From Marsupella aquatica (Eukaryota > Plantae > Marchantiophyta), in assembly GCA_973895155.1 (NCBI GenBank), contig OZ316897.1, positions 23,663,103 through 23,676,176 on the forward strand: 13,074 nucleotides of DNA. The letters run 5' to 3'. Under the pieces are notes generated by a model. The model did not search any database, was not told the origin of the DNA, and worked only from the letters and a program-made list of their open reading frames with translations. Shown here in pieces: positions 1 to 9,783 of the stretch. The position numbers were made by a program, and so were the translations under genes. Position 1 is the first letter of the stretch. Every line of letters starts with the position of its first letter.

Positions 1-477
1 ACACGCCCCCATGTGCACGCACCCCCAAAACTGGGGGCCACCCTCACCCTCAACCCCCATGGAACCCCTCCCCCACCCTCACCCCCAGCTCGTTACACCC
101 CCAATGCTACAGTAGGGTTGCACACGCCCCCATGTGCACGCACCCCCAAAACTGGGGGCCATCCTCACCCTCAACCCCCATGGAACCCCTCCCCCACCCT
201 CACCCCCAGCTCGTTACACCCCCAATGCTCAATTAGGGTTGCACACGCCCCCATGTGCACGCACCCCCAAAACTGGGGGCCACCCTCACCCTCAACCCCC
301 ATGGAACCCCTCCCCCACCCTCACCCCCAGCTCGTTACACCCCCAAAAGCTACAGTAGGGTGGCACTCGCCCCCTGGTACACGCACCCCGAAAATTGCGG
401 GGTACCCCCACCCCTAGCCCCTCCAAAATGCGCACACAACAAACTCGGGGTCAAACTCACCCCCAATATTCAATAAT

Positions 478-504
478 CATACCAGTACTTAAAAAACTGG
501 TATG
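478..504. other. Inverted repeat, 9-bp stem and 9-nt loop; one per unit
   Basis: CATACCAGT-acttaaaaa-ACTGGTATG. Confidence 0.85.
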
Positions 505-532
505 CCACATGTGAAAACTGGGGATGACACTG

Positions 533-573
533 TAAACCCTAAACCATAAACCCTAAACCCTAAACGCTAACCC
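533..573 (-). repeat. Degenerate interstitial telomere-like tract, Arabidopsis-type TTTAGGG (G-strand on minus); also starts at 1588, 2643, 3698, 4753, 5808, 6863, 7918, 9941, 10996, 12051
   Basis: taaaccc taaacca taaaccc taaaccc taaacgc taaccc: three perfect heptamers, two single-mismatch heptamers and one TAACCC hexamer. Confidence 0.9.
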
Positions 574-656
574 TTTTTTTTCTTTTTGCTATACTTGTCA
601 AAAAAACGTGCTAGGCGAGCACGTAACGTTCCAAAACGTGCTATTTGCGCAAATCC
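574..656 (-). mobile_element. Possible single TIR-like end of a Mutator-type/MITE element; one per unit
   Basis: Minus strand reads GGATTTGCGCAAATAGCACGTTTT...TAGCACGTTTT...TATAGCAAAAAG, then telomeric repeats. A G-start, repeated TAGCA motifs and an inner TTTAGGG tract recall plant MULE-type non-autonomous ends (from memory, unverified). No partner TIR or TSD was found. Confidence 0.3.
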
Positions 657-737
657 ACCAAAATGAAACGTTTTACCAATACTTTAAAAAAGTCAAAATT
701 ACATAAAAAGCCAACTACTCGTACCCCTAGTTGTGAT

Positions 738-774
738 CACCTCGTCGCGATAGGAGCGTGGACTCACTCCTAGT
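738..774 (+). mobile_element. Putative Helitron-like 3' terminus (imperfect GC-rich hairpin, 9-nt gap, CTAG|T); one per unit
   Basis: cacctcgTCGCGAtaggagcgtg (738-760) is a degenerate palindrome centred on TCGCGA. It is followed by gactcactc and CTAG (770-773), then T. This matches the hairpin + CTRR|T layout, but the stem is imperfect and no RepHel sequence is present. Confidence 0.4.
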
Positions 775-782
775 ATGCATAC

Positions 783-805
783 ATTGGGGGTGATTCACCC
801 CCAAT
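783..805. other. 23-bp quasi-palindrome (11-bp perfect arms, 1-nt centre); one per unit
   Basis: ATTGGGGGTGA-t-TCACCCCCAAT. Confidence 0.92.
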
Positions 806-825
806 CTTGACCATCCTCACCCCCA

Positions 826-1430
826 ATGCACGCACCCCCAAAACTGGGGGCCACCCTCACCCTCAACCCCCATGGAACCCCTCCCCCACCCTCACCCCCA
901 GCTCGTTACACCCCCAATGCTACATTAGGGTTGCACACGCCCCCATGTGCACGCACCCCCAAAATTGGGGGCCACCCTCACCCTCAACCCCCATGGAACC
1001 CCTCCCCCTCCCTCACCCCCAGCTCGTTACACCCCCAATGCTCAATTAGGGTTGCACACGCCCCCATGTGCACGCACCCCCAAAACTGGGGGCCACCCTC
1101 ACCCTCAACCCCCATGGAACCCCTCCCCCTCCCTCACCCCCTGCTCGTTACACCCCCAATGCTACAGTAGGGTTGCACACGCCCCCATGTGCACGCACCC
1201 CCAAAACTGGGGGCCACCCTCACCCTCAACCCCCATGGAACCCCTCCCCCACCCTCACCCCCAGCTCGTTACACCCCCAATGCTCAATTAGGGTTGCACA
1301 GGCCCCCATGTGCACGCACCCCCAAAACTGGGGGCCACCCTCACCCTCAACCCCCATGGAACCCCTCCCCCACCCTCACCCCCAGCTCGTTACACCCCCA
1401 AAAGCTACAGTAGGGTGGCACTCGCCCCCT
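826..1430. repeat. Block of five 121-bp C-rich monomers (representative; one block per unit)
   Basis: Monomer starts at 826, 947, 1068, 1189, 1310. Consensus gtgcacgcacccccaaaactgggggccaccctcaccctcaacccccatggaacccctcccccaccctcacccccagctcgttacacccccaatgct(acag/caat)tagggttgcacacgcccccatgt, with one CCATGG per monomer. Confidence 0.98.
854..899 (-). other. Potential G-quadruplex (minus strand) / i-motif (plus strand) motif, present in every monomer
   Basis: CCC tca CCC tcaa CCCCC atggaa CCCC t CCCCC a CCC tca CCCCC: seven C-runs of 3 or more with loops of 1-6 nt. Confidence 0.75.
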
Positions 1431-4400
1431 GGTACACGCACCCCGAAAATTGCGGGGTACCCCCACCCCTAGCCCCTCCAAAATGCGCACACAACAAACT
1501 GGGGGTCAAACTCACCCCCAATATTCAATAATCATACCAGTACTTAAAAAACTGGTATGCCACATGTGAAAACTGGGGATGACACTGTAAACCCTAAACC
1601 ATAAACCCTAAACCCTAAACGCTAACCCTTTTTTTTCTTTTTGCTATACTTGTCAAAAAAACGTGCTAGGCGAGCACGTAACGTTCCAAAACGTGCTATT
1701 TGCGCAAATCCACCAAAATGAAACGTTTTACCAATACTTTAAAAAAGTCAAAATTACATAAAAAGCCAACTACTCGTACCCCTAGTTGTGATCACCTCGT
1801 CGCGATAGGAGCGTGGACTCACTCCTAGTATGCATACATTGGGGGTGATTCACCCCCAATCTTGACCATCCTCACCCCCAATGCACGCACCCCCAAAACT
1901 GGGGGCCACCCTCACCCTCAACCCCCATGGAACCCCTCCCCCACCCTCACCCCCAGCTCGTTACACCCCCAATGCTACATTAGGGTTGCACAGGCCCCCA
2001 TGTGCACGCACCCCCAAAACTGGGGGCCATCCTCACCCTCAACCCCCATGGAACCCCTCCCCCACCCTCACCCCCAGCTCGTTACACCCCCAATGCTCAA
2101 TTAGGGTTGCACACGCCCCCATGTGCACGCACCCCCAAAACTGGGGGCCACCCTCACCCTCAACCCCCATGGAACCCCTCCCCCACCCTCACCCCCAGCT
2201 CGTTACACCCCCAATGCTACAGTAGGGTTGCACACGCCCCCATGTGCACGCACCCCCAAAACTGGGGGCCATCCTCACCCTCAACCCCCATGGAACCCCT
2301 CCCCCACCCTCACCCCCAGCTCGTTACACCCCCAATGCTCAATTAGGGTTGCACACGCCCCCATGTGCACGCACCCCCAAAACTGGGGGCCACCCTCACC
2401 CTCAACCCCCATGGAACCCCTCCCCCACCCTCACCCCCAGCTCGTTACACCCCCAAAAGCTACAGTAGGGTGGCACTCGCCCCCTGGTACACGCACCCCG
2501 AAAATTGCGGGGTACCCCCACCCCTAGCCCCTCCAAAATGCGCACACAACAAACTCGGGGTCAAACTCACCCCCAATATTCAATAATCATACCAGTACTT
2601 AAAAAACTGGTATGCCACATGTGAAAACTGGGGATGACACTGTAAACCCTAAACCATAAACCCTAAACCCTAAACGCTAACCCTTTTTTTTCTTTTTGCT
2701 ATACTTGTCAAAAAAACGTGCTAGGCGAGCACGTAACGTTCCAAAACGTGCTATTTGCGCAAATCCACCAAAATGAAACGTTTTACCAATACTTTAAAAA
2801 AGTCAAAATTACATAAAAAGCCAACTACTCGTACCCCTAGTTGTGATCACCTCGTCGCGATAGGAGCGTGGACTCACTCCTAGTATGCATACATTGGGGG
2901 TGATTCACCCCCAATCTTGACCATCCTCACCCCCAATGCACGCACCCCCAAAACTGGGGGCCACCCTCACCCTCAACCCCCATGGAACCCCTCCCCCACC
3001 CTCACCCCCAGCTCGTTACACCCCCAATGCTACATTAGGGTTGCACACGCCCCCATGTGCACGCACCCCCAAAATTGGGGGCCACCCTCACCCTCAACCC
3101 CCATGGAACCCCTCCCCCTCCCTCACCCCCAGCTCGTTACACCCCCAATGCTCAATTAGGGTTGCACACGCCCCCATGTGCACGCACCCCCAAAACTGGG
3201 GGCCACCCTCACCCTCAACCCCCATGGAACCCCTCCCCCTCCCTCACCCCCTGCTCGTTACACCCCCAATGCTACAGTAGGGTTGCACACGCCCCCATGT
3301 GCACGCACCCCCAAAACTGGGGGCCACCCTCACCCTCAACCCCCATGGAACCCCTCCCCCACCCTCACCCCCAGCTCGTTACACCCCCAATGCTCAATTA
3401 GGGTTGCACAGGCCCCCATGTGCACGCACCCCCAAAACTGGGGGCCACCCTCACCCTCAACCCCCATGGAACCCCTCCCCCACCCTCACCCCCAGCTCGT
3501 TACACCCCCAAAAGCTACAGTAGGGTGGCACTCGCCCCCTGGTACACGCACCCCGAAAATTGCGGGGTACCCCCACCCCTAGCCCCTCCAAAATGCGCAC
3601 ACAACAAACTGGGGGTCAAACTCACCCCCAATATTCAATAATCATACCAGTACTTAAAAAACTGGTATGCCACATGTGAAAACTGGGGATGACACTGTAA
3701 ACCCTAAACCATAAACCCTAAACCCTAAACGCTAACCCTTTTTTTTCTTTTTGCTATACTTGTCAAAAAAACGTGCTAGGCGAGCACGTAACGTTCCAAA
3801 ACGTGCTATTTGCGCAAATCCACCAAAATGAAACGTTTTACCAATACTTTAAAAAAGTCAAAATTACATAAAAAGCCAACTACTCGTACCCCTAGTTGTG
3901 ATCACCTCGTCGCGATAGGAGCGTGGACTCACTCCTAGTATGCATACATTGGGGGTGATTCACCCCCAATCTTGACCATCCTCACCCCCAATGCACGCAC
4001 CCCCAAAACTGGGGGCCACCCTCACCCTCAACCCCCATGGAACCCCTCCCCCACCCTCACCCCCAGCTCGTTACACCCCCAATGCTACATTAGGGTTGCA
4101 CAGGCCCCCATGTGCACGCACCCCCAAAACTGGGGGCCATCCTCACCCTCAACCCCCATGGAACCCCTCCCCCACCCTCACCCCCAGCTCGTTACACCCC
4201 CAATGCTCAATTAGGGTTGCACACGCCCCCATGTGCACGCACCCCCAAAACTGGGGGCCACCCTCACCCTCAACCCCCATGGAACCCCTCCCCCACCCTC
4301 ACCCCCAGCTCGTTACACCCCCAATGCTACAGTAGGGTTGCACACGCCCCCATGTGCACGCACCCCCAAAACTGGGGGCCATCCTCACCCTCAACCCCCA

Positions 4401-7400
4401 TGGAACCCCTCCCCCACCCTCACCCCCAGCTCGTTACACCCCCAATGCTCAATTAGGGTTGCACACGCCCCCATGTGCACGCACCCCCAAAACTGGGGGC
4501 CACCCTCACCCTCAACCCCCATGGAACCCCTCCCCCACCCTCACCCCCAGCTCGTTACACCCCCAAAAGCTACAGTAGGGTGGCACTCGCCCCCTGGTAC
4601 ACGCACCCCGAAAATTGCGGGGTACCCCCACCCCTAGCCCCTCCAAAATGCGCACACAACAAACTCGGGGTCAAACTCACCCCCAATATTCAATAATCAT
4701 ACCAGTACTTAAAAAACTGGTATGCCACATGTGAAAACTGGGGATGACACTGTAAACCCTAAACCATAAACCCTAAACCCTAAACGCTAACCCTTTTTTT
4801 TCTTTTTGCTATACTTGTCAAAAAAACGTGCTAGGCGAGCACGTAACGTTCCAAAACGTGCTATTTGCGCAAATCCACCAAAATGAAACGTTTTACCAAT
4901 ACTTTAAAAAAGTCAAAATTACATAAAAAGCCAACTACTCGTACCCCTAGTTGTGATCACCTCGTCGCGATAGGAGCGTGGACTCACTCCTAGTATGCAT
5001 ACATTGGGGGTGATTCACCCCCAATCTTGACCATCCTCACCCCCAATGCACGCACCCCCAAAACTGGGGGCCACCCTCACCCTCAACCCCCATGGAACCC
5101 CTCCCCCACCCTCACCCCCAGCTCGTTACACCCCCAATGCTACATTAGGGTTGCACACGCCCCCATGTGCACGCACCCCCAAAATTGGGGGCCACCCTCA
5201 CCCTCAACCCCCATGGAACCCCTCCCCCTCCCTCACCCCCAGCTCGTTACACCCCCAATGCTCAATTAGGGTTGCACACGCCCCCATGTGCACGCACCCC
5301 CAAAACTGGGGGCCACCCTCACCCTCAACCCCCATGGAACCCCTCCCCCTCCCTCACCCCCTGCTCGTTACACCCCCAATGCTACAGTAGGGTTGCACAC
5401 GCCCCCATGTGCACGCACCCCCAAAACTGGGGGCCACCCTCACCCTCAACCCCCATGGAACCCCTCCCCCACCCTCACCCCCAGCTCGTTACACCCCCAA
5501 TGCTCAATTAGGGTTGCACAGGCCCCCATGTGCACGCACCCCCAAAACTGGGGGCCACCCTCACCCTCAACCCCCATGGAACCCCTCCCCCACCCTCACC
5601 CCCAGCTCGTTACACCCCCAAAAGCTACAGTAGGGTGGCACTCGCCCCCTGGTACACGCACCCCGAAAATTGCGGGGTACCCCCACCCCTAGCCCCTCCA
5701 AAATGCGCACACAACAAACTGGGGGTCAAACTCACCCCCAATATTCAATAATCATACCAGTACTTAAAAAACTGGTATGCCACATGTGAAAACTGGGGAT
5801 GACACTGTAAACCCTAAACCATAAACCCTAAACCCTAAACGCTAACCCTTTTTTTTCTTTTTGCTATACTTGTCAAAAAAACGTGCTAGGCGAGCACGTA
5901 ACGTTCCAAAACGTGCTATTTGCGCAAATCCACCAAAATGAAACGTTTTACCAATACTTTAAAAAAGTCAAAATTACATAAAAAGCCAACTACTCGTACC
6001 CCTAGTTGTGATCACCTCGTCGCGATAGGAGCGTGGACTCACTCCTAGTATGCATACATTGGGGGTGATTCACCCCCAATCTTGACCATCCTCACCCCCA
6101 ATGCACGCACCCCCAAAACTGGGGGCCACCCTCACCCTCAACCCCCATGGAACCCCTCCCCCACCCTCACCCCCAGCTCGTTACACCCCCAATGCTACAT
6201 TAGGGTTGCACAGGCCCCCATGTGCACGCACCCCCAAAACTGGGGGCCATCCTCACCCTCAACCCCCATGGAACCCCTCCCCCACCCTCACCCCCAGCTC
6301 GTTACACCCCCAATGCTCAATTAGGGTTGCACACGCCCCCATGTGCACGCACCCCCAAAACTGGGGGCCACCCTCACCCTCAACCCCCATGGAACCCCTC
6401 CCCCACCCTCACCCCCAGCTCGTTACACCCCCAATGCTACAGTAGGGTTGCACACGCCCCCATGTGCACGCACCCCCAAAACTGGGGGCCATCCTCACCC
6501 TCAACCCCCATGGAACCCCTCCCCCACCCTCACCCCCAGCTCGTTACACCCCCAATGCTCAATTAGGGTTGCACACGCCCCCATGTGCACGCACCCCCAA
6601 AACTGGGGGCCACCCTCACCCTCAACCCCCATGGAACCCCTCCCCCACCCTCACCCCCAGCTCGTTACACCCCCAAAAGCTACAGTAGGGTGGCACTCGC
6701 CCCCTGGTACACGCACCCCGAAAATTGCGGGGTACCCCCACCCCTAGCCCCTCCAAAATGCGCACACAACAAACTCGGGGTCAAACTCACCCCCAATATT
6801 CAATAATCATACCAGTACTTAAAAAACTGGTATGCCACATGTGAAAACTGGGGATGACACTGTAAACCCTAAACCATAAACCCTAAACCCTAAACGCTAA
6901 CCCTTTTTTTTCTTTTTGCTATACTTGTCAAAAAAACGTGCTAGGCGAGCACGTAACGTTCCAAAACGTGCTATTTGCGCAAATCCACCAAAATGAAACG
7001 TTTTACCAATACTTTAAAAAAGTCAAAATTACATAAAAAGCCAACTACTCGTACCCCTAGTTGTGATCACCTCGTCGCGATAGGAGCGTGGACTCACTCC
7101 TAGTATGCATACATTGGGGGTGATTCACCCCCAATCTTGACCATCCTCACCCCCAATGCACGCACCCCCAAAACTGGGGGCCACCCTCACCCTCAACCCC
7201 CATGGAACCCCTCCCCCACCCTCACCCCCAGCTCGTTACACCCCCAATGCTACATTAGGGTTGCACACGCCCCCATGTGCACGCACCCCCAAAATTGGGG
7301 GCCACCCTCACCCTCAACCCCCATGGAACCCCTCCCCCTCCCTCACCCCCAGCTCGTTACACCCCCAATGCTCAATTAGGGTTGCACACGCCCCCATGTG

Positions 7401-8210
7401 CACGCACCCCCAAAACTGGGGGCCACCCTCACCCTCAACCCCCATGGAACCCCTCCCCCTCCCTCACCCCCTGCTCGTTACACCCCCAATGCTACAGTAG
7501 GGTTGCACACGCCCCCATGTGCACGCACCCCCAAAACTGGGGGCCACCCTCACCCTCAACCCCCATGGAACCCCTCCCCCACCCTCACCCCCAGCTCGTT
7601 ACACCCCCAATGCTCAATTAGGGTTGCACAGGCCCCCATGTGCACGCACCCCCAAAACTGGGGGCCACCCTCACCCTCAACCCCCATGGAACCCCTCCCC
7701 CACCCTCACCCCCAGCTCGTTACACCCCCAAAAGCTACAGTAGGGTGGCACTCGCCCCCTGGTACACGCACCCCGAAAATTGCGGGGTACCCCCACCCCT
7801 AGCCCCTCCAAAATGCGCACACAACAAACTGGGGGTCAAACTCACCCCCAATATTCAATAATCATACCAGTACTTAAAAAACTGGTATGCCACATGTGAA
7901 AACTGGGGATGACACTGTAAACCCTAAACCATAAACCCTAAACCCTAAACGCTAACCCTTTTTTTTCTTTTTGCTATACTTGTCAAAAAAACGTGCTAGG
8001 CGAGCACGTAACGTTCCAAAACGTGCTATTTGCGCAAATCCACCAAAATGAAACGTTTTACCAATACTTTAAAAAAGTCAAAATTACATAAAAAGCCAAC
8101 TACTCGTACCCCTAGTTGTGATCACCTCGTCGCGATAGGAGCGTGGACTCACTCCTAGTATGCATACATTGGGGGTGATTCACCCCCAATCTTGACCATC
8201 CTCACCCCCA

Positions 8211-9783
8211 ATGCACGCACCCCCAAAACTGGGGGCCACCCTCACCCTCAACCCCCATGGAACCCCTCCCCCACCCTCACCCCCAGCTCGTTACACCCCC
8301 AATGCTACATTAGGGTTGCACAGGCCCCCATGTGCACGCACCCCCAAAACTGGGGGCCATCCTCACCCTCAACCCCCATGGAACCCCTCCCCCACCCTCA
8401 CCCCCAGCTCGTTACACCCCCAATGCTCAATTAGGGTTGCACACGCCCCCATGTGCACGCACCCCCAAAACTGGGGGCCACCCTCACCCTCAACCCCCAT
8501 GGAACCCCTCCCCCACCCTCACCCCCAGCTCGTTACACCCCCAATGCTCAATTAGGGTTGCACACGCCCCCATGTGCACGCACCCCCAAAACTGGGGGCC
8601 ATCCTCACCCTCAACCCCCATGGAACCCCTCCCCCACCCTCACCCCCAGCTCGTTACACCCCCAATGCTCAATTAGGGTTGCACACGCCCCCATGTGCAC
8701 GCACCCCCAAAACTGGGGGCCACCCTCACCCTCAACCCCCATGGAACCCCTCCCCCACCCTCACCCCCAGCTCGTTACACCCCCAATGCTACAGTAGGGT
8801 TGCACACGCCCCCATGTGCACGCACCCCCAAAATTGGGGGCCACCCTCACCCTCAACCCCCATGGAACCCCTCCCCCTCCCTCACCCCCAGCTCGTTACA
8901 CCCCCAATGCTCAATTAGGGTTGCACACGCCCCCATGTGCACGCACCCCCAAAACTGGGGGCCACCCTCACCCTCAACCCCCATGGAACCCCTCCCCCTC
9001 CCTCACCCCCTGCTCGTTACACCCCCAATGCTACAGTAGGGTTGCACACGCCCCCATGTGCACGCACCCCCAAAACTGGGGGCCACCCTCACCCTCAACC
9101 CCCATGGAACCCCTCCCCCTCCCTCACCCCCAGCTCGTTACACCCCCAATGCTCAATTAGGGTTGCACACGCCCCCATGTGCACGCACCCCCAAAACTGG
9201 GGGCCACCCTCACCCTCAACCCCCATGGAACCCCTCCCCCACCCTCACCCCCAGCTCGTTACACCCCCAATGCTCAATTAGGGTTGCACACGCCCCCATG
9301 TGCACGCACCCCCAAAACTGGGGGCCATCCTCACCCTCAACCCCCATGGAACCCCTCCCCCACCCTCACCCCCAGCTCGTTACACCCCCAATGCTCAATT
9401 AGGGTTGCACACGCCCCCATGTGCACGCACCCCCAAAACTGGGGGCCACCCTCACCCTCAACCCCCATGGAACCCCTCCCCCACCCTCACCCCCAGCTCG
9501 TTACACCCCCAATGCTACAGTAGGGTTGCACACGCCCCCATGTGCACGCACCCCCAAAACTGGGGGCCATCCTCACCCTCAACCCCCATGGAACCCCTCC
9601 CCCACCCTCACCCCCAGCTCGTTACACCCCCAATGCTCAATTAGGGTTGCACACGCCCCCATGTGCACGCACCCCCAAAACTGGGGGCCACCCTCACCCT
9701 CAACCCCCATGGAACCCCTCCCCCACCCTCACCCCCAGCTCGTTACACCCCCAAAAGCTACAGTAGGGTGGCACTCGCCCCCT
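8211..9783. repeat. Expanded monomer block: 13 x 121 bp instead of 5
   Basis: Monomer starts every 121 bp from 8211 to 9663. The unit length is 2023 = 1055 + 8 x 121. Confidence 0.98.

Larger units (their letters stand above)
376..825. repeat. 450-bp spacer of the 1055-bp unit (representative)
   Basis: Begins with a diverged partial sixth monomer (376-467), then AT-richer sequence. Copies look identical except the C/G site at 446/1501. Confidence 0.95.
826..2935. repeat. 2110-bp higher-order repeat (A unit 826-1880 + B unit 1881-2935), representative copy
   Basis: Diagnostic substitutions alternate between successive units, e.g. aaactCgggg at 446/2556/4666/6776 versus aaactGgggg at 1501/3611/5721/7831. 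Order across the window: B(partial) A B A B A B A B* A B A(partial). Confidence 0.97.

Noticed and set aside
533-573. True chromosome telomere
   Set aside because: Only 41 bp, degenerate, and internal to every repeat unit.
478-587. Rho-independent terminator
   Set aside because: The hairpin and the T-tract are about 70 bp apart, there is no upstream gene, and the context appears eukaryotic.
533-590. Herpesvirus-type terminal repeat (telomeric repeats next to a pac-like T-tract)
   Set aside because: Those viruses carry TTAGGG arrays, whereas this tract is mainly TTTAGGG, and there are no viral genes. Not supportable from this window.
376-825. Hammerhead ribozyme/retrozyme in the spacer
   Set aside because: No CUGAUGA/CUGANGA plus GAAA core was seen on either strand.
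826-946. 5S rRNA (similar length, about 120 bp) or other RNA gene cluster
   Set aside because: No 5S sequence similarity or internal A/C boxes, no tRNA cloverleaf; the length match is coincidental.
826-1430. CRISPR-like array
   Set aside because: Monomers are contiguous and near-identical with no unique spacers; no cas genes.
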